Below are positions 46,701-58,309 of a stretch of DNA of 64,000 bases, piece after piece (positions within the stretch are counted from its first letter, which is position 1; every line of letters starts with the position of its first letter). The translations under genes and the position numbers were made by a program. Location: NCBI GenBank assembly GCA_036785375.1, contig JAWMAR010000084.1, forward strand, positions 1,364,001-1,428,000, read 5' to 3'. The notes under the pieces are model-generated. The model saw only the letters and a program-made list of their open reading frames with translations. It was not told the DNA's origin and ran no database searches. This stretch comes from Leucoraja ocellata. Lineage: Eukaryota.

Positions 46701-49534
46701 AGTCAATAGGTAGGGAAGTTGCCAAAGATGATAACAGCTATGTCACAGTTGGCAGGAAAGGTTTGATAAGCACGGAAAGTTCAGAAACATTAAGGTCATT
46801 TTCTTCTGACTTTAAATTGCCTATTCCATGTAAAAAGCAAGAAAACAATGGAACTTCTGCTAAAAGAATATGTAACCAAGACCACTTCACAAAGGACAAT
46901 GAGAATAATGTAGCTGAACCTTTGAATGCTTTCCCAAATATAGTAACATCTGAAAGGAAAATGCATGTCAAAACAATTTCAAATAATAAAGAGTCTAAAT
47001 CACCACCTATGAAAGTCCAGTTTGAAGAAGAAACTCTGAAAGCCGATTCAGCCAAATTTATGTTGAATAATAGAATTACTGATTTGGTAACAGGAGAAAG
47101 TAATCAACAAAATCAATTCCTTGAAGGACTGGAAAATCTCAATGCACACTCCAGTTCAACAATTGATGATACTAATTACGCATTGACCGAAAAACAAACT
47201 GATCAAGAAATTGAAAATGAGCTAGAAGGGAAAGAAATTTTAACAAATCCTAATTCAAACAAAGAAGATATACAAATGGAGCTATACAAGGATGAACCTC
47301 GAGAGATTCCAGAAAGAATGCAAAATCATGAAGATGAAAAGGCTACTTGTACCAAAATAGAAATGCAGAATCACCCACTCGGGGCTATTTGTTACAATAT
47401 TGAGCAGCTTGATCTGTCAATTGGAAAAAGCAGTCCTCAAGGTAATCAAGATAAATTGAAGAGCCATAATGGACTCTTCTGTAATTTTGCTGGAAGCAAC
47501 AAAAGTATAGGAATGTCACTCTGGAAAGATGATACTAATAACAATAGATTATCTTCCAATGACAAAGAAACACAAACACCATCAAGAAAAAGTAAACATA
47601 AAAAAGAACTTAAATTTAAACTGGAAAATCAAAAAACCATGGAAAATTCAACAATAGACAATAATGGCTTTGAACAATTATGTAAAACATCTAAACTGAA
47701 AAGAGGAATTCAAGTCAATTTAAAAGAGCAGAGCGAACTCATTGAAAATTCTGCTCCAAACAAAGATGCAAGCAAATTGTTACTCAATTATGTTGAAGAT
47801 CAGATAGCTCTTGACGGAGACAATCTGAATAAACTGGCTTCAGAAAGCAAAGATGATAAGAATGTAAGTGATATGCAAAGTGGGTTGCCAAATGAAGCAA
47901 ACTTTTTATTTAAATCTAGTTCAAATCCTAAGCAAATAAGATTATCACCCGTCAAACATAATCTTGATGAAGGGATCGATGATGGAATAGAAAGTCAGAA
48001 CATGCTAAATCGCGAAGCAGGCATCAAAATACAAGCTATTAAAACTAAGAACAATGATCTTGTAACTGAATTTATTGCACCCCAAAACACCGATAAAGTT
48101 GAAATGCTACCAAGAGCAGAAAGTGCCAGATTGACAGTTGTAAATGAATTACAATTGAACAAAGATAACAATAAAATGTTGATGGTTTCAGAGGAAGAAA
48201 AACAAAATCCTTCTAAAGAGTGCTCTGAGTCCGGCAATATCAAAACTGTAGATGAACTACTTTCAACTTTGAAAGTCCAGATCCCAAATGAAATCGGTGT
48301 ACCAGTTATAACCATCTCAGACAATGTTATTCCTGTGGAGTCATCCAATTGTTCTAAGACTATAAAAATTTCAGCAAATACATCATTTCCAGAAACTGAA
48401 GGTCAGGATGTTCATAATAAATTAGAAATTTCAGCTGCCATTCAGAATGCAGAAGTTAATAAGCCACTGGCTCCACAGACTCCTTCATGCTTCACAGATT
48501 TGAATGTGAAGTCAATCAATTCTAATCACCCTGTTGTTAAATCATCCAACAGTGCAACTCATGATCAAGAACAGCAACCCTCCTTTGAATTGAAAATGCT
48601 AGCAATGAACAAAGCTGTCACGCAAGATCCATCTCTTACATCAGCCCCAATAAATTATCTTTCCATTCCTAATGAAGAACACAGGCCACGTGCACCTCCA
48701 AAGAAGCAAGTACCTGCTCCTCCTCATTCATTAATTCACATAGCAAGCACTAGTCCTCGCCAGCAAAACTGGGAAACTTTAAATCCTCACAAACAGGAAC
48801 AACAAGCGTTGCCTCACCAGGGCCTTCGGGAGATGTTTTCGTTTGATACTTCTCTGCAGCATCCATTCTATGCCTCTTCTCAGGTACCAAATCAAGCAGA
48901 GTCTCATTTACTTCATTTTACACCAACCAGCCAAACTCCAGATCATGTGGACAAATGTTACCGAGTGCCTCAATCACCTCACTTGATGGACAGTCCCCGG
49001 CTGCCTTGCTTCCAATATCCAGAAGCTCACAAGAAAGTGCTTATTGATCCAGAGACAGGAAAGCATTACTTCGTTGAGGCACCAATGCAATCTCCACGCA
49101 AAATGCTGTTGGATCCAGAAACTGGTTGTTATGTCGAGGTGATAATACCTCAACAAACATACGGTGGATATTATCAAACATCATTCTCCCCACACGTTTT
49201 ATATCCAAACGCCTTGAGGCCTTCATTTATACCAACAATGCAATATTCTGACTTAATCTCAACACCTCTTGTGGCATACCCGGGTCCACATCCTGGGTCC
49301 TCTGAAGTACAAAACCAATCGAGTCCAAACAGCACAACTGTAAGTGTGACAGAAATGCCGAATCATAAAAAGGATATGCCAAAAAATCATTTTGCTGAAA
49401 CGAATTACATGGAAAGTACATATTCAGCTCCAATGAATGTGCCTGTAAATCCTAACCCAATTCGCACCGCTGCACAAGTAATATCCATCCATTCAAAATC
49501 TCGTGCAGAAGTTAAAGATAACTCTCGTGTTTGA
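43766..49534 (+). CDS. PROB1: Uninterrupted 1922-aa DUF4585-family protein, PROB1-like (C4orf54/C10orf71 paralog family)
   Basis: A 5.77-kb ORF. The C-terminal KKVLIDPETGKHYFVEAP...RKMLLDPETGCYVEV is the DUF4585 signature. Family motifs SELDETDYEVRKLTALAFRSL, FECIDV, RTVPKRQIELR and KFASSLLSNVISKKM are present. It lies downstream of and co-oriented with DNAJC18, as PROB1 does in human. The gene symbol rests partly on synteny. Confidence 0.8.
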   Translation: MNNLDQKILFGKNPKENNKKNEPGANFVSEIWFKNLSNNSNADSNFISDNTFRSIETGNQVLAEDHGQLKANTSPSGILADPDSINNDQLFEPGIITSTVKTSFESPLFLKGDDNHCDSSGSYHTAVGSDIGENLSDCSGPYEDFEELSPDQDESHEISQRFGASQKEQSVDWLNSSEIETSLNDCSPPPQFSCREEQEQIFVSKHKMELLELTAGGELNGDIKPFQLHSRNVHDVKSHYKMDVGLAVKTADEKNSFGYEITSSPQEEKNACSSDVVSNDSLLTTHSNSSAEGEVNKSPECDLTGLGTNLQNCKGNGDQQVHLSITAQNSKTAERGNGVQLSRKQEAEVSTHASPGCYLHLGLNEIEEMPQKDKFEDSAKNNSSANGKRKCAESMSESSSFASELDETDYEVRKLTALAFRSLSCPNDNYLHIYNSGGFIDFSPALSEECHNTKSVSVCSEPDFVGTASETEDPSYAAYALYTGAEESNMFLDDPYDRMQFECIDVAVESPEKGKDVRASRTVPKRQIELRRPQRSELKVFTSSSAINSYAYVGLGDETGNEEERLEIIERTPYIENAISTNIKNKNRIHKQPQRAISIDGPTPRNKFASSLLSNVISKKMLYEQNLKAEQEFNRFARFPITRNVRKKDRALLPIVSQQIHHESSASKSECNNSQNVAQNNLRKNGCELTADNAEENEGLGQKCCYSSLRCAGGQTIGGQNNISPDCCTTNVLENYRETHMDSQCEASAERTPGMSRAKSCSMFNNPSINVSGEEKNLTSSCTSVGKYKNGSWQNTEENAESDNSIQCELPSYEDKTSDIQLSKSSHQINASRNILALKSSKMLHNSPKPNVQRTITCCVPKTHSLTPESNTSDLDPNNQTLPVSPKANCGMEKTNISHCNIEDNISIKNKTKCPTYVRDVKKLGQNNNCGLTFCATKGKCDVPDEVCNPSIIKQPLPEPLNKVSIVDSISSPKCIQRQSIGREVAKDDNSYVTVGRKGLISTESSETLRSFSSDFKLPIPCKKQENNGTSAKRICNQDHFTKDNENNVAEPLNAFPNIVTSERKMHVKTISNNKESKSPPMKVQFEEETLKADSAKFMLNNRITDLVTGESNQQNQFLEGLENLNAHSSSTIDDTNYALTEKQTDQEIENELEGKEILTNPNSNKEDIQMELYKDEPREIPERMQNHEDEKATCTKIEMQNHPLGAICYNIEQLDLSIGKSSPQGNQDKLKSHNGLFCNFAGSNKSIGMSLWKDDTNNNRLSSNDKETQTPSRKSKHKKELKFKLENQKTMENSTIDNNGFEQLCKTSKLKRGIQVNLKEQSELIENSAPNKDASKLLLNYVEDQIALDGDNLNKLASESKDDKNVSDMQSGLPNEANFLFKSSSNPKQIRLSPVKHNLDEGIDDGIESQNMLNREAGIKIQAIKTKNNDLVTEFIAPQNTDKVEMLPRAESARLTVVNELQLNKDNNKMLMVSEEEKQNPSKECSESGNIKTVDELLSTLKVQIPNEIGVPVITISDNVIPVESSNCSKTIKISANTSFPETEGQDVHNKLEISAAIQNAEVNKPLAPQTPSCFTDLNVKSINSNHPVVKSSNSATHDQEQQPSFELKMLAMNKAVTQDPSLTSAPINYLSIPNEEHRPRAPPKKQVPAPPHSLIHIASTSPRQQNWETLNPHKQEQQALPHQGLREMFSFDTSLQHPFYASSQVPNQAESHLLHFTPTSQTPDHVDKCYRVPQSPHLMDSPRLPCFQYPEAHKKVLIDPETGKHYFVEAPMQSPRKMLLDPETGCYVEVIIPQQTYGGYYQTSFSPHVLYPNALRPSFIPTMQYSDLISTPLVAYPGPHPGSSEVQNQSSPNSTTVSVTEMPNHKKDMPKNHFAETNYMESTYSAPMNVPVNPNPIRTAAQVISIHSKSRAEVKDNSRV

Positions 49535-49769
49535 GGAAAGAACAACGTTGCCCATGATGAATCTATGGGTTTTACTGAAGGAGCATTCTCTACCAAAATT
49601 ACCAGAACAATGTTAAAAGGACATGTAGCTTTGTCGTGCTGAATGTATGTATTCTTTGCAGGTGTTGACTGACGTGCATTTTTTAATAATCTATATGCTT
49701 AACTACCTTTTGAAATATTTATTATCAATGTTCCCTACAACAAAATACTAAAAGTGAAAATGTAAATTA

Positions 49770-49775
49770 AATAAA
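49770..49775 (+). promoter_or_regulatory. Candidate polyadenylation signal of the PROB1-like gene
   Basis: AATAAA about 235 bp after the stop codon. A second one lies at 51256. Confidence 0.35.
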
Positions 49776-51892
49776 AAGGTTATGTTAAACCCTTTAATTA
49801 TAATTTGGGAGATCTGACTATTGAATCGACCATTTTGTTCTGGAAAGCAATTGCAATTAAAGAGTATAAATCTTAAATAATGTTAATCCTTGGCATACAC
49901 ACTGGACTCAATGATAATGATAACGGTGATAATGTATAAACTCTGTGCAGATAACACTCGTAGTCAGGATTGAACCCGGGACTCTGGTGTTGTGAGGCAG
50001 TAACACTACTGCTGTGCCACTGTGTCACCCTAAGTTATATGGACTCTGAGTGAATTGTAACTACCGGTCATGTAAGGGATGTCAGGAGGCAACATCAGCT
50101 GCAGTAAAGGCTAAATACATATTTTAATTTTTGGGTGGGTTAGAAGAAGCAGGAGAAAAATATTTTTACATCGGTGAACAAAGGATTAATGCAAAGGGAA
50201 AAACTATGCTTATTCTATACCTGATCACTTTACTCCCCCGTAACTGGGGCACATGCACTCCTGTGGGGTCTCCATATGTTTCCTGGTGACTTCGCTCTTT
50301 GTGGTTATTTTAAGGCACCTGATACACTTTTACATTTTACACTGCAGTTATTTTTTTACATCAGAGTCAAGGCAAGGGGGATTATTTTACTAAGAGGAGC
50401 ATAGCACACATATCTGACTCTAATGACACTTTCTGATAGGTAACAAACAGTAGGAGGAATGCTGTCAAAGTTTTGTCACTTACAGTGTTCAGTTAACCAC
50501 TGCCCTGCTGAAAGAGGTTAAGAAAACGCAGGGTTTGGATTAATTATTTGGCCTTGTGTTTGGCCTTATAGGACAATAATTGAGCTTCTGATAGTTTTTT
50601 CTTAATTTTTCTCAATATTGACATTTAATTTTATTTCAGCTGGATGGATTTTTGTTTTCTTCACACCAGAAATAATCTAATCGATAATTATTTACAAAAT
50701 TTAAATAATTCCACTGAAACAAGGCTGACACCACCATCTCTATAATATATAAACCTGTTAGAGTCCACATGTTTTCAGTGGGGTTTGAGTGAATTTGATA
50801 TTTGTTTGTGGCTCCTTAAGCATTTTTCATTTGCAGGTCCATGTCAATACATTCAATTTTCATGAAGGCTACAACGAGAGGACATAGATTTAAGAACCTG
50901 CGCTTGTTGTAGAGGTCGGTACAATTACAATGTTTAAAAGGACAGGTACATGGATAGAAAAGGTTAAGAGTGATATGGGCTGAATACAGGTAGATTGACT
51001 AGCTTACAAATATATCTTAGTCGGCATGTACGAGTTGGGCCAAAGAATCTGCTTCCGTGCACTATGACTCTAAGGGATAGAAACTGGATTCAGCTTTCTT
51101 CCATTGAATGCGTCTACAACTGTAAAATGATGCTGTTAGAGACCCAGCATATTTTCATGTAGTGCAATACTTTGTGACCAACCTGGTACAAAGTTAAATC
51201 CTTCGCCAGGTGACCAGATGACTATAAAAATGACTATTACCTTTTTATGCAGGTAAATAAAGAGCCAAATATTTTCATTCTTGGTTTAGGACTCCTCACC
51301 TAAAATGGATCCTCGATATTGATGTGTTTGGTCTAAAGAGCACTTGTTAGTGATTTATTTTCCCTTTAAAAACTTTCTGCTGAAGTCAGGAGAAGAGGAG
51401 TATTCCCACTGCACAGTCTTCCCAGCGGCAGCTGTCACCTCATGATCAATCCTCTCTTCCACTTACACCTGTGAAGGCTGCTGCTAACTAGGCAGGAAAT
51501 CTAAAATTGGGCACAACACTCAGATGCATTTTTTTCAGGAGGTATGGCAGTTGTGAGAAACTAATCCAAGTGTGGCCAAAGCTCAGCTTTGGGTGAGATT
51601 GCCACAGACCCCTCAATCATTTCTCGTTAGATTTTAGTGCCGAAAGCTTCTTCCATTTGTGATGCTGAACTTATTGTGTGAGAAGTGAAAAGGCAACAGG
51701 AAAGATGTAACAAAATCTTGTGGCATGGGAATGACAAATCCACAGTTCATCAGCTTGAAGAGCTGCTAATCCAGCAGTGTTGAGGTGCCTTTGTACCGTC
51801 TCTTGTGTTATACCATCACCTGCATAGTAAATTGTTCTTACTTTTAATAAAGAACACCATGTCACATTCTGTGGGATCTAGGTGAGTCAGTC

Positions 51893-52117
51893 GTGTTCAA
51901 CCAGGAACTGCAGATGCAGGAAGATCGAAGGTACACAAAAATGCTGGAGAAACTCAGCGGGTGCAGCAGCATCTATGGAGCGAAGGAAATAGGCGATGTT
52001 TGGGGCCAAAACCCTTCTTCAGTCTGCAGAAAGGTTTCGGCCCGAAACGTCGCCTATTTCCTTCGCTCCATAGATGCTGCTGCACCCGCTGAGTTTCTCC
52101 AGCATTTTTGTGTACCT
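51893..52117. mobile_element. Penelope-derived fold-back element
   Basis: 14-bp TSD TAGGTGAGTCAGTC (51879-51892 and 52118-52131). Arms of about 95 bp fold at CTTCAG-T-CTGCAG. Confidence 0.78.
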
Positions 52118-53844
52118 TAGGTGAGTCAGTCTATGTGATGTTTCTGAACTATTCACTTGTACAGTGTAGAAATCCAACATTTTGGCAACATACTTCAGTT
52201 CTTGAAATGTTTGATGCTTACAAGTGTTGCCTGAGTATGGAGGTGCAATACAGCTCCTACATTCACAGTATTTTCCAGTCAGTGCCTGCTCTCGTCTGTG
52301 AGAATGAAGGAAACATACTCGTGGTAGCTTTGTGAGGTATTTGACAGCTGGTTCCATGGTTGAAGAGTGCAAATGTTACAAAGAAGGCACGGGGTGTGCG
52401 GTTACAAGTGTTTTAGTAGTTCTGCGAAGTGGAAGTGGGTGGAGTAAACACGGGAAGAGTATAATGTAAATCATTAAAACAGAGTGAAAGAAAGTGGGGC
52501 AGGAACGGTGTGAGTTGTTGCAGATTTGAAGGTTTGTGCACAGATCAATTAAAGTGTTCTATTAGTCGAGAACTGAGATATAGATCCATAAATCAGTTGA
52601 TTCCTGCCTTGATAACCCAGTGAGATTAGTGCATTTATTTTCGTGGCGCTGCTGGGTCAATGATCCTGATCGTATGCATGAGGAGATCCTGTCATCACCG
52701 TATGAGGTGTCCCTTCTCTGTGTAAATGTCAGTGTTACTTGGGAAGACTTTTCATGCCCTGGGGTACAAAGCCCTTCCACTTTCTTCCAACCCCCAAGTG
52801 AACCTTCAAAGGTAACAACCAAGATGATCAAACAACACATTTGCCAGTCATGTTGTTTCGGGTCAAGATCTTCCTACTGCAGACCCCTTTTGAATAGATG
52901 CAACAAGGCCATTGTCTAACCCAAGCTGTATGAATTGCACAGCTTGTACATTGGTCATGAACACTGGCTCCCAGCATGAATTCCCATTGTCTATCTGACT
53001 GCGTAAATTGATGCATGTAAATTGCATCCACCCCCTGGGTGACTTTTTTCAATCTTACTGCTTTGAATTATCCTCACCTTAATTCTTGTTGGCCCTGTAA
53101 ACAAATTAGTCATTGACCAGAGCCAGTACTGCTTTTATCTGATTGTGAATGTTGTAAGTAAATATGTTTAAAGCTCATGTATTGACAAAATCTTTGAAAT
53201 TCAATGACAGCTGCCACTTGGGGGTATTGCAATTAAAGGTATGAATAATTAGTGTATGCCAGTGATATTTACATAATTGGTGCCGAGAATATAAAATATA
53301 TAAAATACAAAGGTTAGTGCAGCTCAATTTTCAGCGATGCATATGCTAACACAAATGAATCTGAAAGTTGCTTTATTACAATGAAGAGTTTATTTTTTAA
53401 ATATATTTAATTGGAATTAGCAGCATCATTTCATTAATGATGAATGGTTCTTAACAGCTACATTTTTGCATCTATTTGTGGCAATGTAAACCTTGGCAAA
53501 TGATTAAATGTGAAACATTGAGTTTTGTTTCAGGTCCAGTGACTCTGTGTTCTTGCCGTTACTGTGAGCAGTAACATTAAGTAATCAGGATTGCATTGTT
53601 CTGGACAACAGCGCGTGGGCAAGGATATGGCAGTGTCCATTGTTGTAGTTCACTGATTCCTGGATGTTCTGAAGGGAAACGATCAAGGTTATAGGATAAT
53701 CGTGTGCTGTGCTTTTGAGGAGATATTGTATTTCTCCCGATATAGCCATTCTATTGTCTCATTGTTGTTTTTTAATCACAGAACTTGTTACAAATGTGGA
53801 TTCTTGCTTAGAAAGTCACCTGCACAATGCAAATAATGTTCATT

Positions 53845-55559
53845 TTAGTTTAGTTTAGTTTAGTTTAGAGATACATTGTGGAAAGTGATCCATTGGCCCA
53901 CGGAGCCCATGCCGACCAGTGATCCCCTCACACTAGCACTATCCTACAATACAATACAATACAATTTATTTGTGTCATTTGAACCTCATTGAAGTTCAAA
54001 CGAAATTTGGTTTCTGCAGTCATACACACAAGAAAAATAACCAAGACACAACACAATTTACACAAACATCCATCACAGTGAATCTCCTCCTCACTGTGAT
54101 GGAAGGCAAAGTCTTATCACTCCCCTGCACTCATCATTCTCCTCCCGATGTCAGAGTTAAAGCCCCTGGCGGGGGATGGTAAGTATCCCGCAGCCATTAA
54201 AGCCGCGCCGGGCGATGCAAGGCCGCGCTCCAGGTCTTGGTGTTGGAGCCCCCGGCGGGCGCTAACCAGTCCCGTGGCCATTTAAAGCCGTGCCAGGCGA
54301 TGATGTAAGGCCCTGCTCCAGGTAATTTTCAACCTCGCAACTCGGGCGGGAGAAGTCGCCATTGCGGAACACCCGAAAAGCGGTCTCCCAGCAGGGACCC
54401 GCGGGCTCCCGGTGTCACCTTCCACCAGACCTGCGGTTGGAGCTTCCAAATCCCCGGGGTTAGGTTGCAGCCACGCGCCACCACAGCTCCTCCCACTCCG
54501 AACTCGGCCAGCTCCACGATGGTGGGTAAGTCCGCAGCTCCGCGACTGGAGCCCCAGGTCGTTCCGGTTGGAGGCCGCTCCACGGTGCTAGGCCCCAACG
54601 ACAACGGAGACCCGACAGGGAAAAGGTCGGGTTCTCCGTGCAGGGGAAAGATTTTAAAAGTTTCCACACCCCCCGCCCCCACACACATACCCAGTTAAAA
54701 AAAAAACACTTTAAACTACATTCAAACATTCAAACGCGACAAAAACATTAAAAAAACGACAGACGGACTGCAGAGGCCAATGCGACGTGAGTCGCTACAC
54801 ACACAAGGGACAATTTTCTATTCATACCAAGCCAATTAACCTGCAAACCTGTACGCCTTGGTGGCATGGGAGAACACCAGAAGTCACGGAGAAATCCCTC
54901 GCAGGTCACAGGGAGAACGTACAAACTCCATAGGAACTTGTGCAGGATCAAATTCTTGGTCAGGTCTAACATCGTGGAGCTGTAGGCCTTGCTCCAGACT
55001 GACTTGGAGCCCCACCACGGGACGTGGACTTACATTGGAGCCGATTCCTTGCCTGGGATCGACACTCCAAACGTAGTCTGCGGACATTAACACCAAGGGC
55101 TTGCAGTCTTGGGAGATACCGAGTTGGGAGCTTCAACGACACAGAAGGTTCGACAAGCCCCGACCCGTGGTCAGGTCGCCTGGCGCGGGGGAGCTGACAA
55201 CCCCCCGATACAGGAGCTTGATCACCCCGAAGAGGAGGGCCCGCCGCCGGATACGGGAGTCAAGATCGTCCTGTCAACGGTAGGCCCGAGGCCACCTGAC
55301 CATGGGAGAACAACCAAGGGAAGAGATTGAACTTTTTTTTCGCCTTCCAACAGTGGGGAATGTGGAGGAATTACTGTGGTGGATGTTCATGTTAAAATGT
55401 AATTTAGTGTTCTGTTGCTTTTTTTTAGTATGACTGTATGGCAAAACAAATTCCTCGTATGTTGCAAAACATACTTGGCAAATAAAGTATGATTATGGTC
55501 AATCCTCGGTCCCTAGTGCTGTAAGGCAGCAGCTCTACCGCTGTGCCACCATGCCGCCC
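53845..55559 (-). mobile_element. tRNA-derived SINE split into three pieces by two nested retroposons
   Basis: SINE tail 53845-53945, middle 54797-54930 and head 55498-55559. Inserts are about 53946-54796 (- strand, CAATA repeat on +) and 54931-55497 (+ strand, AATAAAGTATGATTATG tail). Confidence 0.72.
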
Positions 55560-55871
55560 ATTTCTGGATCATTCTAGGGTTATCCTTGGAATTTGGCTGG
55601 GAAACTCCAGGCATAAATTACTCTGACACACAAACGTGACATCGATATCAGGGCACCCATGGAGAATGAGTAATATTATCCCAAGAACAATCATCATTGG
55701 ACAACTGAGAAATTTGGAACAATTTGGTCTCCCCAATGCTTAGATATCCACTAGGTAAAGTCAATGCTTCCCTTTGGTTTCCCCAAACCACCACCTCCTC
55801 GGCAACACTGTGCGCCTCTTATCCCACCACCTACCAATGTTGCTACCAACCCCATGAAAACCAATCATCAT

Positions 55872-56495
55872 CACATCCTCGGGGTACACATCTCGGAGGA
55901 TCTGTCCTGGTCCCTCAACGCCTCCAAGCTGATCAAAAAGGCGCAGCAGTGCCTTTACTTCCTGAGGAGGCTCAAAGCTCACCTGACCCCCCAGATCCTG
56001 ACCAACTTTTACCGCTGTACCATCGAAAGCATCCTGACCACCTGCTTCACGGTATGGTACAGCAGTTGCACCGTAGCGGACAGGAAGGCACTACAACGGG
56101 TGGTGAAAACCGCTCAGTACATCATCGGTGCCCCGCTCCCTGCCATGGATGCCCTCCACCGAAAACGGTGTCTGAGATGGGCCGGGAAGATCATCAAAGA
56201 CCTCTCCCACCCTAACCATGGACTGTTTGCCCTCCTCCCATCAGGGAGGCGGTACAGGAGCCTCAGGTCTTGTACTAGTAGGACGAGGAACAGCTTCTAC
56301 AACAACACTATCACATTGCTGAACTCGGAGTCCCGCCGATAGATTTCTCCAGTCTCTCCGTCCACATTGTTTGCTTATTCTGTATTTTTATTTCTATATT
56401 GCACTATTACTACGGACTGACGCTAAACTGCATTTCGTTGTACCCATACTTGGATCTGTGCAATGACAATAAAGTTGAATTGAATTGAATTGAAT
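55872..56495 (+). mobile_element. Rex1/Babar-like LINE 3' fragment
   Basis: Encodes LGVHISEDLSWS...TNFYRCTIESILT...LPSGRRYRSL and ends with AATAAA plus (TTGAA)n. Confidence 0.88.
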
Positions 56496-56997
56496 GACTC
56501 TTTGACCCTTCAGCCTTCCAGGTTTTCAGCTCTGAATTTCTTCTCACCCACTGCCAATTCAAGCTGTCAGCTATCAGGTTTCACCACAAATCTCCACACT
56601 CTTACAGTGACCAATCACCCAGCCAGTGAGCATGTCTTGTGGATGTGAGAAAAAACAGGAGGCTTCTGGGTAAACCCGTGCAATCACAATGAGAACATGC
56701 TAACTCCAAACTCACAGCACTGGAGTTCAGGATCGAACCTGGGTTGCTGGTGCTGTGAGGCAGGTGCTTTATTAACTGTCTTACAGTACTCCCCAAGGGA
56801 GATGAATTACTGAGTGTGGATTAAGACATCTTAATTTGTTATGAGAAGCAATGGTTGGAAATGCAGTCATAATTTCCACATCCATTCTCAATGGAAGGGT
56901 ACTTGCATCCTGGCTCAAGAGGTTTTTAAGGTCACTCTCGCAACTATAGGCCTAGCAGTATAATTTTTGCGATGCAGAAGATGCCAGAAATGATCGA

Positions 56998-57155
56998 TGA
57001 ATAGGTGACGTTTCGGGTCGAGACCCTTCCTGAGACCCAAAACGTGAATAGGTGACCTATTCCTTTTCTCCAGAGATGATGTTTGACCCGTTGAGTTACT
57101 CCAGCTTTTTGTGTCGATCTTTGGTTAAAACCAGCATCTGCAGTACCTTCCTACA
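56998..57155. mobile_element. Rearranged Penelope-derived element of the same family
   Basis: GACGTTTCGGGTCGAGACCCTTC followed by the opposite-orientation arm ending CAGCATCTGCAGTACCTTCC. Confidence 0.65.
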
Positions 57156-58309
57156 TATAGCTTTCTAATATGATAGGCTTGTATAGAATTGTGTGTGTAC
57201 CCCTTTAAGGATTGTAACCACCTACAGCATACAGCACTCTTTATTAAAAAAAAGTAATTTGTGAGTTCCATTGACTGGATAGCTTCCAGCATTCTAAAGA
57301 GTAAAGCTGATTATGATATTCAAAACAATGTTTAATGAAACTGTGACTATGATTCTGAACTGGTTCATCCAATCATTATGTGAATAAAATTCCCCAATGA
57401 CTATTGCAGTTTCCTTCAAGCATGCCCCAGATATTTCCCCTCCTCTGCTTCGTCCTATCTAGGGGTCTCATTTTTGGGGTGCCAAGAGACTGCCCCTACT
57501 GGCGACTTCTCTCCCTGTTATTCATGATTTCAACCCAAACCCAAATTAAACCAACTCCACATCACTATCCTCTATATTGCCATGCAACACCGTTTTATTA
57601 TCTACCTGGATTAACAAGTCCTGCCATTTCCTTCCCCTTGCAGCCTATTCTTTGGAACATAGTGAAACCTGAAATATTGTGCAACCTCTCCTGGTCACCC
57701 TGCAACCATAAATGTGTAATAGCTATTAAATCACTGCTGTCAACTCATACATTGTAAATGCTATGTGTGTTCATATAAAAACCATAATGCTTATTGCAGT
57801 TTTTATTGATTCTTGATTTACTATGTTCTGCATACTCTGTTTACATTTCCTGCTCCAACTTTTACTGTACCATTTCTCACATTTCCTCTTGGAGCCTTCC
57901 TGGTCTTCGACATAATTTAATTAACTTAATTTATCCACAACACTATTTATGCGACACGTCAGGACACTTGTCCCAGCATAGCTCAGGTAAAGGCCATTCC
58001 AATAAATTGCTCTCTTCTTTCCCATTGCTGGTGCCAGGGTCCCATGAATTGGGAATTTCTGTACACACCACACTTTGTCAAGCAAATCCTATTTTCCCTT
58101 TGTCAATTTGCACATGGATCAGATAATCTTGTGCTTATCATTATTTTGGTTCTGCTTTTCAATTTTGACACGAGCTCCTCAAGATCTCTTGCCACAACCT
58201 CTGACCTGGTTCTACCTGTGTTGTTTGTAACTATGTGGGCTGCAACAATAATATGCTCCTCTTCTACTCCAAGTACTGCTCTACCACAGAAGAAATGTCC
58301 ATAACCTTA

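Noticed and set aside
52562-53052. Overlapping short ORFs in unique sequence downstream of the PROB1-like gene, possibly MZB1 exons
   Set aside because: No recognisable protein similarity and no convincing acceptor-donor pair.
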